A stretch of DNA of 60,886 nucleotides from a virus (taxonomy: Duplodnaviria > Caudoviricetes). The notes under the pieces are model-generated. The model worked only from the letters and a program-made list of their open reading frames with translations. It did not search any database and was not told where the DNA came from. The translations under genes were made by a program, and so were the position numbers. The first letter of the stretch is position 1. Every line of letters starts with the position of its first letter. Below are positions 8,112 through 17,750 of this stretch, one piece after another. The stretch spans positions 1-60,886 of the IMG/VR virus record IMGVR_UViG_3300006046_000006; one strand, 5' to 3'.

Positions 8112-10090
8112 TGAGTACCTACTCTCTGAACTGTTCCGTTGATTTCTGCTCGTGCCAACTGGTTATAGACTCCGCCTTGAGTTATCCTAGCTGCATCAGC
8201 TAATTCCTTCAGTGTATGCAGACCAGGACCCAGTTCTCTCAGGGCAACAATGGCTTTGCCTTCTCGCTTAGGACCTTTCTCCTTGGCTTGGCGAATTCGT
8301 GGTTCTTTGGGTGGTTTCTCAGCTGGAGGTAGAACTACCTGCGGTTGCCACACCGCATTGTTGAGGTTCGTGATGCGGAATCCTCTCGAGGTGCTGCTCT
8401 TGGATTCCTGCTCGACATAGAGTTCCCCTCGCTTGCCTCGCTTGAGATATAAACTATCCTCAGCCCATGCATGATTCGCCATCGAGCCCAGCATCATCTG
8501 CCCGCCTCGTTGAGGGAACCGAGGGTCATTCTTTCTCAGGTGGTGAACTAGCATGAGAGCTGAGCGATGTTTGCGAGCGAGCTGTTTGAGAGGCTTGAAG
8601 ATCTTCTCGGTCATCTGTTGTGCCCGAGTCTCCTCGACATCTCCCGCCATCATCATCAGAGGATCGAGAATGCAGAGTTTATACTGACCCTCCTCGAGAA
8701 CTTCATCTAACCAATACTGCCAGGCCCCATCGCTGATGGTGAAGTGCTTCCCGATGAACGCATCCACCGCCAGATCTTTGGGCATTTCCTGAGCAGGCTC
8801 CCAAAATACCACACCCTCGTCAGAGACTACCTTGTCCAGCATCTTCGAGGGAAAGATCTTATCCAGGCGAACCTTTACCAGAGGTAGAGGATCTTCTTCC
8901 TGCATCCAGAGTACTCGGCCGGGGTCTATGACCTTGAAGTGATCGAGGAAGGGCACTCCAGTTGCGACTGAGATCGCAAGGTCTAGAGAACAGAAACTCT
9001 TATAAGACTTTGGCTCGCCAGCAATAAACCCCACAGCCCCTTGAGTCAGGATATCCTCGACCAACCACCTGGGGGGTTTGATATTTCTCATCAAGTCCAG
9101 CAATGGTGTGGGCTTCTGAAGGCGAGTCTCCTCATCCTCGTCATACTTATCTACCTGACGTAAGACATCTTCACTACGCTCAGCTAATGCCTTGGCAGTC
9201 TCAGTACTCAGTCGTTTGAACTCATCAGCCCTGCCGGCATATTTATTCCACACTGAATGTTTGACCAGCGCAATGATCTCAGCGAAGGAACACTTGGCAT
9301 CAGCCAGTTCACGTTCAACTTCCCAGAGAACCTCGCTGCGATCACCCGAAGTATCGGGGGCTTTGAGAAAGTCACGAGCTCGTTTGGAAACACCGAGCCT
9401 TACCTTCTTCTTCCACAACTCATGGCGATCTACTCGCTCGACCTCTTGTTCGATGATGTCTGAGACTACAGTGACTGCTGGCACGTCGGGCAACTCATTG
9501 AAGTCATCTGGCAGGTATGTTCTGCCTGCTGCCCAGAGCAGTTTGCCTTGCGGTGCCTCGCCATATTGCTGGACGTATTCGGGCTTGTGATTACGCCACC
9601 CAGGGATTCTCAGTAACTGTGTGGTATCCCACCCGCCGAGGTCAGCCTCGAGATAGTAGGTCATGCACTGGTTCTCACGACCTGGCCATGATGCGCCCTG
9701 GATATCCCCCGATACAATCCACAGCGCCTGGTATCTTCCCGGCGATGTTTCCCATGCGATAGTCGGTGGATAATCCTTGATGTCCTTGGGCTTTACCCCA
9801 TCTAGGTCAGCCCATAAAGCGTGCTCATCCATAGCATGCTCCAGGCGTCGTCGGGGTACTTCGAAGAGGGAAGGGCACCAGTAAAGATCGTCATCCACAT
9901 GTGCAGCCATATGTTTGAGTATCTCTGGTCTATCCTTCGGCCACTTGAATGCTTTGCCCTCCTTGTAACTCTGGATTCGTTCGGTCTTATCGACTGCAGT
10001 GCCTGAGATATACGGAAAGAAACAATACCCAATTTGCCTCCCCCACGCACGCGAGATTACATTGAGCATTTCGTCATGATTTCCCATCAT
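8075..10090 (-). CDS. primase-helicase (RepB-like primase domain + AAA_25/RecA-like ATPase)
   Basis: LWADLD, WETSPGRYQALW, LLRIPG..NHK; Walker A GEPKSYKS, Walker B CILDP, LVHHLRK. Confidence 0.9.
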   Translation of the reverse strand: MMGNHDEMLNVISRAWGRQIGYCFFPYISGTAVDKTERIQSYKEGKAFKWPKDRPEILKHMAAHVDDDLYWCPSLFEVPRRRLEHAMDEHALWADLDGVKPKDIKDYPPTIAWETSPGRYQALWIVSGDIQGASWPGRENQCMTYYLEADLGGWDTTQLLRIPGWRNHKPEYVQQYGEAPQGKLLWAAGRTYLPDDFNELPDVPAVTVVSDIIEQEVERVDRHELWKKKVRLGVSKRARDFLKAPDTSGDRSEVLWEVERELADAKCSFAEIIALVKHSVWNKYAGRADEFKRLSTETAKALAERSEDVLRQVDKYDEDEETRLQKPTPLLDLMRNIKPPRWLVEDILTQGAVGFIAGEPKSYKSFCSLDLAISVATGVPFLDHFKVIDPGRVLWMQEEDPLPLVKVRLDKIFPSKMLDKVVSDEGVVFWEPAQEMPKDLAVDAFIGKHFTISDGAWQYWLDEVLEEGQYKLCILDPLMMMAGDVEETRAQQMTEKIFKPLKQLARKHRSALMLVHHLRKNDPRFPQRGGQMMLGSMANHAWAEDSLYLKRGKRGELYVEQESKSSTSRGFRITNLNNAVWQPQVVLPPAEKPPKEPRIRQAKEKGPKREGKAIVALRELGPGLHTLKELADAARITQGGVYNQLARAEINGTVQRVGTQWQLKYNKSETA

Positions 10091-10115
10091 GCTCCCTTGT
10101 CGGTCTTCTCATGTC

Positions 10116-10144
10116 ATTTTATCAGGCTCATTACTGTCGGTCAA
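10116..10144 (-). promoter_or_regulatory. SigA-like promoter for primase-helicase
   Basis: TTGACC-N17-TAAAAT with TGA extended -10. Confidence 0.65.
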
Positions 10145-10296
10145 ATGACCGCTTCCCTCAAGTTCTTTTCGATACCTCCTCATTCTATCGGCAACCAAGT
10201 ATGACACACCAGCATTGCCGGGCGCGGCCTCCAGGTCTTCGATCATACCGTCGAGGATTTGCTTGAGCCTATTCATCTCCACTGATTCCTTTCATA

Positions 10297-10342
10297 ACAC
10301 GGAGGGAGGGCAGGGGAAATGGTGAAAACCCCTACCCTCCGT
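10297..10342 (-). terminator. GC-rich hairpin, possible terminator
   Basis: acggagggagggcagggg...cccctaccctccgt inverted repeat just downstream of 10374. Confidence 0.4.
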
Positions 10343-10373
10343 CCTTTCCTCAGGGACCTCCCCCTGAGAAACC

Positions 10374-10745
10374 TTACCCGATCTCGATCTCGTCGAGTTC
10401 GTCGACCTCGAGTGCCTCGTCGTCGAGCAGATCTTCGAAGTCATCGACCTCGGCATCTGCGGGTGCGAGGAGCACCTTCACCTCTGCGGGCTTCGGCTTG
10501 TTGAAAGCCTCGAATCCCTTGCGGAGTTCGTCGATCTCCGAAGCGTCGATCGCCCAGCGATTGCCCTGTCCCACCCGACCCTTGATCGAGCGGAGGAACT
10601 TGCGGAAGGTGCGCCCGTCAGTCCCGAACATCGTGGCCACCGCCTTGGCGGAGAGCGTCTCCATCACCTCGGCCTCGACTTCGACCTCGTCGAGGTCGTC
10701 GATCTCGTCGTCGGGAACTTCCTGTACCTTCTTGCCCTTTGCCAT
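10374..10745 (-). CDS. small acidic putative DNA-binding (HTH-like) protein
   Basis: LSAKAVATMFGTDGRTFRKFLRS...GQGNRW core flanked by acidic tails; has its own promoter. Confidence 0.7.
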   Translation of the reverse strand: MAKGKKVQEVPDDEIDDLDEVEVEAEVMETLSAKAVATMFGTDGRTFRKFLRSIKGRVGQGNRWAIDASEIDELRKGFEAFNKPKPAEVKVLLAPADAEVDDFEDLLDDEALEVDELDEIEIG

Positions 10746-10794
10746 GACCCTGATTCCTTTGTTCGTGGGGGGTTTCCCCTGATTTGATATGATC

Positions 10795-10823
10795 ATCATA
10801 TAAGATCTCGTCAACCCTGTCAA
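10795..10823 (-). promoter_or_regulatory. SigA-like promoter
   Basis: TTGACA gggttgacgagatctta TATGAT, followed by ATCAAATCAGGGG. Confidence 0.8.
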
Positions 10824-11188
10824 CCACTACTTGTCCCCGCGGACCATCGGGGCCATCGCTCGAGGCGTCGATCACGCGCAACTCGTAGGTCCAGAGTAGC
10901 GTTGTTATACTGGCGCTTCTTAACTATACCTAAGTAGGGCCAGATCTTGGGCATAAGATTTCTTAACTGAGCGGCAGAGATAGACCACATATACTTATTA
11001 CCCGAGATATACGGACCGTTGACATGACCGCACTCAGCAATACGGGCTATCTTGTCAAGGACTTCTCGATGTTTCTGACCAACAGTAAGACGAATTGAAC
11101 CTACTCCTCGTCCCCCCTTAGCCCACCGGAAACAACCTTCTCCATCTATGAATCCGGCAAGCCATGCGTAATCAGTTTCGGATGGCAT
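10820..11188 (-). CDS. LAGLIDADG homing endonuclease (single motif)
   Basis: YAWLAGFIDGEGCF motif; PYLGIVKKRQ C-terminal motif. Confidence 0.85.
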   Translation of the reverse strand: MPSETDYAWLAGFIDGEGCFRWAKGGRGVGSIRLTVGQKHREVLDKIARIAECGHVNGPYISGNKYMWSISAAQLRNLMPKIWPYLGIVKKRQYNNATLDLRVARDRRLERWPRWSAGTSSG

Positions 11189-11690
11189 CTGGTTCCCATC
11201 TTTCTAATGGACGATTTCGAGCAAGGTAAAGGGGGTGCAGGGGATTGCCTCCCTGTGTCATCCCAAAGATCCACAGACGATTCCCAGCTAGCGTGCGCAC
11301 CTTATCTATCTGCTTATCGGCCAGATTCCCTAGGCGCTCTGCGTTCGATCCCCATGCTGCCACGACTGAGTGATGGGTGGTCATGCACTCACGAAACACG
11401 AGGTCGTTGTCCGGTCCCACTGGGTCTACCACCCTCAGGAGATCCTTGGGATCTGGACTACGGTGAGCGAAGAGGTTGACCACGAGGAAACCACCGTAAC
11501 CCCAGTCCCTACTGTACTCAGTACACCGGCGGATAGTGGGATCGTCCTTGGTCCCATCTGCTCTGCTTGGGTTGAGCATGCACCACGTCAGATTGACTGG
11601 TTTGCTAAGGTCCCACAGTCTCCCGAGGGCATAGCGGTACCGCAGGCATGGACTGATCTTCGCAAACCGATGAACCTTAGCAGGAGTCAT
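11172..11690 (-). CDS. DUF1643 domain protein
   Basis: YRYAL.R.W, MLNPS.AD...DDPT.RRC, VNLFA, AAWG, P.HPLY. Confidence 0.9.
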   Translation of the reverse strand: MTPAKVHRFAKISPCLRYRYALGRLWDLSKPVNLTWCMLNPSRADGTKDDPTIRRCTEYSRDWGYGGFLVVNLFAHRSPDPKDLLRVVDPVGPDNDLVFRECMTTHHSVVAAWGSNAERLGNLADKQIDKVRTLAGNRLWIFGMTQGGNPLHPLYLARNRPLERWEPDAIRN

Positions 11691-11947
11691 ATCTCAAGTT
11701 TCCTCATCTCACAGCAGTTGGTACAGCACCAACCGATCTCGATTAGATCGTCCTCCCAAGCGTATCCGATGGAGTCACCAACGTCAATGGCTCCGCTGCA
11801 CTTACGACAGCGCCCTTCGTACTGAGCCCTCACCAGATATTTTACCAGGTACTTCCTATGAGGTTGCACCGGAGGAACATAACCATCCAGCATGCAGTCT
11901 CCGCAGGAGGCTGGGTTTCCTAGGCCATGTGGGCATTCTAAAGTCAC
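11687..11947 (-). CDS. Cys-rich hypothetical protein
   Basis: CPH..C..C and AQYEGRCRKC...IDVGD motifs. Confidence 0.6.
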   Translation of the reverse strand: MTLECPHGLGNPASCGDCMLDGYVPPVQPHRKYLVKYLVRAQYEGRCRKCSGAIDVGDSIGYAWEDDLIEIGWCCTNCCEMRKLEI

Positions 11948-11973
11948 TTCTAGTCACCTTTCCGTTTCCGAGG

Positions 11974-12477
11974 TCACTTGCTAGTACCTCCAGGGGTTCC
12001 CTTAGGCGCCAGCTCCCGATCGTAGTAACTGGCCGGGAGGTTCGACTCGAACTGCTTCTGGAACTTCTTACGTGCACCGCATATGGTGCAGCGAAATGCC
12101 ATGGGATCAGCGATGTGCGTCAGCGCATGGTGGTGAGAGAACATACTGAATGCGGTTGGCCGCCGGCAATAGCCACACCAATTGTACCCCGGTGGTGTGG
12201 GCCAGTAGTAGCGCTTCCCACGGTACTTGATGATGGGTGGCTTGAACTCATGGCCTTTGCTGTAGAGCACCAGGTCCTGGTAGTCGTTGATCCTCGGCAC
12301 GATCCAGTTGTATGCCTCACGGTATGTCTTGAAGTCATGCTTAGGTTTGGTCCAACCCTTCTTGGTCAGCACCCACACCCGCCAGGGGAAAGTACCCACC
12401 GAAGTTTCCTGGGGAATCTTGGCGAACCACTTCTTGTAGAGAGGGTCCTGTAGTAGTTTGCGTAGGGTGATGTTCAT
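11974..12477 (-). CDS. hypothetical protein with zinc-finger motifs
   Basis: WCGYCRRP...RCTICG. Confidence 0.7.
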   Translation of the reverse strand: MNITLRKLLQDPLYKKWFAKIPQETSVGTFPWRVWVLTKKGWTKPKHDFKTYREAYNWIVPRINDYQDLVLYSKGHEFKPPIIKYRGKRYYWPTPPGYNWCGYCRRPTAFSMFSHHHALTHIADPMAFRCTICGARKKFQKQFESNLPASYYDRELAPKGTPGGTSK

Positions 12478-12594
12478 TACTACCTCTTAGGCTTGAGCCT
12501 AAATCTAGCCCCACACTCAAGGCAGGTTATCTTTCGCCGGTCATAAAAAGGACCTATGAGTAACCGCCTCATGTCACACCATGGGCAGGGCATC

Positions 12595-12843
12595 TTAAGT
12601 ATCCCGCTCTTCATCTTTCATCTCCTGTTCAGCCTCTTCTTGCTTCACCTCGACCTTCACCGCTTGCCAGCTTGACCAATGGCCTGCGACGTTGGCGTAG
12701 ATTGATACGAACACCAGGAATGGTATGGAATACTTCCACCATAGCACCCCAGGTATCACGATCACTAGCCACACAATCGTCGCCCATCCATGTATCCTCC
12801 GTTGAGTAGTGGCCGCTTGGCACCATTCCCGAAAAGAATTCAC
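12595..12843 (-). CDS. small membrane protein
   Basis: Two hydrophobic segments. Confidence 0.65.
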   Translation of the reverse strand: MNSFREWCQAATTQRRIHGWATIVWLVIVIPGVLWWKYSIPFLVFVSIYANVAGHWSSWQAVKVEVKQEEAEQEMKDEERDT

Positions 12844-13184
12844 TTGGCTTTGACGTGCCCAGCTTCTAGCAAATCTTTGACCAGGGACTTTCCTGATTCT
12901 AAGTAGAAGTCACCCAGCCATCGACCGTACTTATCCCTCTTGTCATAACCTGTACACAGCAACTGGAAGGGCCAATCAGCCAGAGTAGCAGTCGCTTTCA
13001 GCACCCAGTTCACGACGAAGTCTCGAGCCAGCTTGCCCTCAGGCGTAGATAATTCTGGGCAATCTATACCCAGCAATCTTACCTTGGACTGTACATGGAC
13101 ACGAAACCCAGCGTCGATGGTGGCGAGCAAGGTATCTCCATCAGTTACCGCATCAACGCGGCAAGGGTATTTACGTTCGGTCAT
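12840..13184 (-). CDS. thermonuclease (SNase-like)
   Basis: VTDGDT, VRLLGIDCPE, DKYGRWL, LLEAGH motifs. Confidence 0.9.
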   Translation of the reverse strand: MTERKYPCRVDAVTDGDTLLATIDAGFRVHVQSKVRLLGIDCPELSTPEGKLARDFVVNWVLKATATLADWPFQLLCTGYDKRDKYGRWLGDFYLESGKSLVKDLLEAGHVKAK

Positions 13185-13351
13185 TTTTTCTTCTTCTTTG
13201 GGTAGATTCGAGCTCCGTATTTCTTAACCCATCTGCGGGCTATCTTTGGGTGGCGGGCAAACATAAACCGCCTTTGCTTCGCTGAGCGAAATGGCATAGC
13301 TCACCTAGCTTTTTTTTCTCGGGGTTCGGATGATGTCATCCGTGCTGAGGG

Positions 13352-13789
13352 TCACTCATCATCCCCCGTGTCGTCGTCATCATCGTCCTCGATGAAGTCG
13401 TCGTCGTCGAGATCCTTGAGCGAGCCGGTGTCCTCATCCAACTTCTCGATGTGAACGAGAGGGATGACATACTTTCGGCTTTGCTTGCCCTTGGAGGGGC
13501 GCCCTGCGTGCGCAGAGGGGAGCTCGTCGACCATGACGATGGCGGAATCGCCCTGCAACTTGACGATGTGTCCGGTGATCCCGTCGAGGTACTTCGGCTT
13601 GATGCCGTTCGTCAGGATGACCTTGTCCATCGCCTCGAGATTGACTGCCAGGCGGCGTGCCTTGCGTCGGATCACGACCTCGCGTCTCATGTTGATCGTC
13701 TTCACGATCTCGTTGAGCCCCTCATCGTAGGTTCCATCGTCGATCTCATCGCAGAGAATGATCCAGTCGCGTTCCTTTGTGGTTGTCAT
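13352..13789 (-). CDS. hypothetical protein, acidic tail
   Basis: 145-aa ORF with its own promoter (13820-13848). Confidence 0.75.
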   Translation of the reverse strand: MTTTKERDWIILCDEIDDGTYDEGLNEIVKTINMRREVVIRRKARRLAVNLEAMDKVILTNGIKPKYLDGITGHIVKLQGDSAIVMVDELPSAHAGRPSKGKQSRKYVIPLVHIEKLDEDTGSLKDLDDDDFIEDDDDDDTGDDE

Positions 13790-13819
13790 TTTCTTCCCTT
13801 CATTTGATTGATTAATTCT

Positions 13820-13848
13820 ATTGTATCAGAACTAATCAACCAAGTCAA
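13820..13848 (-). promoter_or_regulatory. SigA-like promoter
   Basis: TTGACT tggttgattagttctga TACAAT, followed by ATCAATCAAAT. Confidence 0.75.
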
Positions 13849-13852
13849 TTTG

Positions 13853-14119
13853 CTAGAGGTCCAAGTATTCTCTGCGCTCCTCTGAGTAATCGGTCAACTC
13901 AGTGCAAAGATGCACCAAGCCAGCCTTCATATATAGTTGCTCGAGAGGTACCACTTCGACATCATCCCCTTCATCCCAATCAATTCCCCACTGCTCAAGG
14001 TCACGCCGCATACTATCCTGCGGATACTTGACAATGGTGATCAGTACTGGAGCATCTGGGGGCAGACACTCGAGCTCCGCAATCAACCCTGCGACTGTAA
14101 ATACATCATCCATATTCAC
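13853..14119 (-). CDS. hypothetical protein
   Basis: TVAGLIAELECLPPDAPV, a common small phage protein pattern; GGAGG RBS; TTGCCA-N18-TATGAT upstream (14155-14184). Confidence 0.7.
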   Translation of the reverse strand: MNMDDVFTVAGLIAELECLPPDAPVLITIVKYPQDSMRRDLEQWGIDWDEGDDVEVVPLEQLYMKAGLVHLCTELTDYSEERREYLDL

Positions 14120-14315
14120 CTCCCCTCATCATCTCAGTCATCATCAATAGCATCATCATATCAGAACTTGATCATTTCTGGCAACGCTTTGGATACTTTG
14201 GTTCTTCTTGGTTTGATCTCCTCATATTGATCACTTCGATTGATCAACTTGAAGCGATTTGAGTCATTCCCTATGCTTCCCTGGGATGACGGAATACCCT
14301 CATTGATATGATCAC

Positions 14316-14615
14316 TCATGATCGTTTTTCCAGTGCCCTAAGGATATTTAACGCTTCCTCAGGCGATGAGACTACCTGTGCGATACCCCCAGCACGCCTG
14401 ATGAGATCTATTACATAGTCCTGCTTGACTGATGTGTTTTTACGTTTGTCGGGCATCTTGGTCTCGAAGGCAAAGAACCTGCCAGCGTAGCACCCTATCA
14501 GGTCCGGCAGCCCCACCATCATGTGCGCTGAGCCCCACACCTTGAACACGAAAGCACCCTCCAGGCGGAGGGCGTTCATGATTCTCCTACTCAGACGGGA
14601 TTCTGGCTGGGCCAT
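14316..14615 (-). CDS. VRR-NUC domain nuclease
   Basis: ES......GLPDLI...GRFFAFETK...Q. Confidence 0.88.
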   Translation of the reverse strand: MAQPESRLSRRIMNALRLEGAFVFKVWGSAHMMVGLPDLIGCYAGRFFAFETKMPDKRKNTSVKQDYVIDLIRRAGGIAQVVSSPEEALNILRALEKRS

Positions 14616-14941
14616 TCAACTTCTCCCATGCGTGTGATGGTAGTGGATATCCTGGCAGGATCGTAGGCAACTGTGCGCAGTTGTCGTCGTGTCGATCACT
14701 CCTCCAACATTGGATGCACCTTCTTATCTCCATTCCTTCTCACCCCATGTCTGTAGTGGGTTATGTAAACTCTCCATGCCTCACGGCATTTGTCGCAGTG
14801 GCAGGGGTCCTTGACAGTGCTGCCCGCATACGAAGAGATCGTGCCATGCTTTCTAGGTTTGGTTGGTGGCGCCATGTTGCCTCCGGGGTTGAGGGGTGGT
14901 CGGATACCCCTACCTCATCCGAACCACCCCTCGATCTTGGC

Positions 14942-15517
14942 CTAGAGCTCCTCGATCTCGATCTCTTCGAGGTCATCATCGTCGTCATCTTCCACGACGG
15001 GTGCTGCCTTGGCCTTGGCCTTTGGTGCTGCCTTTTTGGCAACGGGAGCTTCTTCTTCGACATCGTCCTCGGTGTCAGCCTCGTCGTCGACGTCGTCGTC
15101 ATCCCCATCGGTACCGATGTCGTCGAGTTCAGCGAGGGGCACAATGGCTTGGATGTTCGACTGAACCTTGCCGTCGTACTCATCGTCTTCGAGGATGACC
15201 CCAATCTTCTTACCCACTACCAGGTTGGGATCGACCTTCACCCTCTTCTTCGGGATGGTGATGCCTGCGGCAACGAAGATGTTGCGAACCTTCCAGAGTT
15301 GGTTCTCGACGTGCTTGCAGTAGTACGGATACTGTCCCGCCCCCACCTTGATGGTGAAGAGCCACTGCATCACATCGTCCTTCTTCGAAGGAGCGTCCTG
15401 CACCTTGACCACCACTGCGGGATAGCCACCCGCACGCTGATGTAGTTTGTTGAACTGACCGCCGCCCTCTTTGACGTTGGTGAAGTCCATTACTGCTTTG
15501 GTTACTGACTCAGCCAT
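14942..15517 (-). CDS. single-stranded DNA-binding protein (DUF669-like)
   Basis: Follows the Sak4-like ATPase; OB-like core with a long acidic C-terminal tail. Confidence 0.65.
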   Translation of the reverse strand: MAESVTKAVMDFTNVKEGGGQFNKLHQRAGGYPAVVVKVQDAPSKKDDVMQWLFTIKVGAGQYPYYCKHVENQLWKVRNIFVAAGITIPKKRVKVDPNLVVGKKIGVILEDDEYDGKVQSNIQAIVPLAELDDIGTDGDDDDVDDEADTEDDVEEEAPVAKKAAPKAKAKAAPVVEDDDDDDLEEIEIEEL

Positions 15518-16325
15518 TAGCTGTTTCTCCAGTCAACATTAGGTTAATCAACTTTGGTACTGTCGGTCGCCGGATCATGTCTGGCAGCTGGAAATCAGAT
15601 CGAAAGCCAGTGTCATACTTCTCATGGATACCGATCCATAGTCTTCGTTCGGTCTTCTCTACTCCTTTGATCGGGACCTTTACTGTGTACAATCTACCAA
15701 TCACTTCGACCAGTGAGTTGGTGGTTCCTCGTGCTGCTGCCTGCATATCAGGTACATAATATATGCCAGTTTGATCCGCGTCATCATCCGCATCATCCGA
15801 TGATCCAGAAGTTATAACTCGTTCCTGCGCAGTAAAGATGACGTGCATCTTCAGTGTGTGGAAGTTGTGTAGCATCTGCTTCATCAGTTCTGAGGATTTG
15901 CCGTAGTCCTTTAGCTGTACCATGCCCGGCTGAGCATCTAGATCTTTCTCCTCCCGAACCTTCATGGCAAATCGCAGGGCCATGTTGTTCATTCTCGTCA
16001 ACCCATCGACTGAGACATAGGTGAAGGGGTCATGAGATGTACCCCCTACGTCAGCAGGGCAGAGTCTACCCGTGCGCAGTGCGCCATAGGCATCTTGCAT
16101 ATCCTGCCACTTGTCGATGGGCCAGCGGTAAGGATTCCTAGCCTTCATCGTGTCAGTGCCATTCTCAGGATCGAGCAGCAAGGTATTCTCCACACCGCCA
16201 GACAGAGAGAAGGTGGTCTTGCCTTTCTTATTGCGGGCATAGACCAGGATCTTGCGGAATGAATCCACATCTCGAGGCCGCGTGACCCTCTTCTTGGCAA
16301 TCTCGATGTAGTTCTTTTCCGCCAC
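15510..16325 (-). CDS. AAA_24/Sak4-like ATPase (recombinase)
   Basis: ILVYARNKKGKTT, LLLDPENG, VSVDGLT, VIFTAQE. Confidence 0.82.
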   Translation of the reverse strand: MAEKNYIEIAKKRVTRPRDVDSFRKILVYARNKKGKTTFSLSGGVENTLLLDPENGTDTMKARNPYRWPIDKWQDMQDAYGALRTGRLCPADVGGTSHDPFTYVSVDGLTRMNNMALRFAMKVREEKDLDAQPGMVQLKDYGKSSELMKQMLHNFHTLKMHVIFTAQERVITSGSSDDADDDADQTGIYYVPDMQAAARGTTNSLVEVIGRLYTVKVPIKGVEKTERRLWIGIHEKYDTGFRSDFQLPDMIRRPTVPKLINLMLTGETANG

Positions 16326-16482
16326 TAGTACTCATCCTTATCTAGCTCAAGGACTACAGTGTGGCCATCAGTATCTATCTTGATCTCTTTGACCACGAAG
16401 TCATTGACCCAGTCCTCCAGAGCTATGACGTAGTCTTCATCGGGGTCGTAGTCTGAGAGCATGTCAATCAACCGACCTATCT

Positions 16483-17541
16483 TCATGTCGGAATCTTCCT
16501 TTCGTCACTGTCCTGGTCGTAATAATAATCGAGAGGATCGCCTTGGGTATACTTCTTTCTTCTCAAATGATCCGCTGACCCCGTGAATAGTTCGACAGTA
16601 CAGATGTCGTTGTATGAGCATCCGAAGCCGCAGCTACGATCAGGGACTCGTTCGATCTTCTGAGGGATATCCCAAGGATAGTTGTGCATTCGTTGATGGG
16701 TGTGGTATGCCTCTTGGACCACCTGCTTGATCATCCGAGTGTCCTTCTCGAGGACATCGCGTCGGAAGAAGGGCGAGGTCTGCAGTTCACCATGTCGATA
16801 CTGCATGTGCTTCAGTCTGAGTATCTGACGACGGTAGTCTTCGAGGTTGAGCTTGTACTTTTTGAGGGCGTTGACATAGGTGAGATAGTCCGTATCGACT
16901 GACTTCGTTGATATCCTTTGCCCAGACTTAAGAAGGTATGGGATCGTGGGTGCTTTCGTACGAATGTAATTCCAGATGTGACCTTGAACTGGAATCTTAT
17001 TCTTCCATGCCGCCCAAATATACAATGCAGATTGAGCGTCGAGGAGGCGGAACCCAATGTTGGGTAGGACTTTGTGTGACTTGTGGTCGACAATCCATAA
17101 CCCGTACTGGTCTTCCACCAGGAGGTCGATCTTTCCACGATATACGGACCCGTCAGGAAATTCCGTTTCCAGTATGAACTCAACCTCATGGACTTTCCAA
17201 TCGTGCTCTTTGTAGTGCCAGAGATATGCCTTCATGATTCTGTCGCACTCACGAGGCAAGTCACCTAGTGTTTCTTTCTCCTCGTCGAAGAGATCGTTGA
17301 ACTTGACTGTCAATGCTGCGTGCTTCTCTTCCCAGCTGGAGCCAGAGTACATCGCCTCAAGCAAGGCATGTATCCAAGTTCCACGCTCGAGGGGAAGAGA
17401 TCCTATCTTGGGCTTCAATCTCTGGACATACTTGTAGTCCGCTTGCTTCGGGCATCGACGGAAGGTCTTGATCATGCTGTGTGTGGTGATGACCTTGCCA
17501 TCGTCGACATATAGTGGAAGCGTATTCACAGTACTCATCAT
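16483..17541 (-). CDS. PD-(D/E)XK Cas4/RecB-like exonuclease
   Basis: THS.IKTF..CP, GT..H, GKIDLL, IVDHKS, Q..LY, C-terminal C...C.Y..IC. Confidence 0.88.
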   Translation of the reverse strand: MMSTVNTLPLYVDDGKVITTHSMIKTFRRCPKQADYKYVQRLKPKIGSLPLERGTWIHALLEAMYSGSSWEEKHAALTVKFNDLFDEEKETLGDLPRECDRIMKAYLWHYKEHDWKVHEVEFILETEFPDGSVYRGKIDLLVEDQYGLWIVDHKSHKVLPNIGFRLLDAQSALYIWAAWKNKIPVQGHIWNYIRTKAPTIPYLLKSGQRISTKSVDTDYLTYVNALKKYKLNLEDYRRQILRLKHMQYRHGELQTSPFFRRDVLEKDTRMIKQVVQEAYHTHQRMHNYPWDIPQKIERVPDRSCGFGCSYNDICTVELFTGSADHLRRKKYTQGDPLDYYYDQDSDERKIPT

Positions 17542-17750
17542 ATCACTTCCCGATTAGGGCGAGCAAATCCATGTTGATTCTTAGTTCCTCGAATCTCTCG
17601 ATGAATCCTCGCTGCTATCTCGTAAGGATGTTCGTGTGGACGGTCGATGAATCTCTCAGCCATTCTAGCGGTGTCCTTACCAAACTCTTTCCTCAACCAG
17701 TCGAGCATCTCCTCTCGAGATTCATCTTTGTGTTCAGAACGAGAAGTCAT
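17538..17750 (-). CDS. hypothetical protein
   Basis: 70-aa ORF with GAGG RBS between pol and exonuclease. Confidence 0.55.
   Translation of the reverse strand: MTSRSEHKDESREEMLDWLRKEFGKDTARMAERFIDRPHEHPYEIAARIHREIRGTKNQHGFARPNREVI

Noticed and set aside
16483-17541. Cas4-like gene as evidence of CRISPR-Cas
   Set aside because: It sits in the usual phage exonuclease + Sak4 + SSB recombination module.
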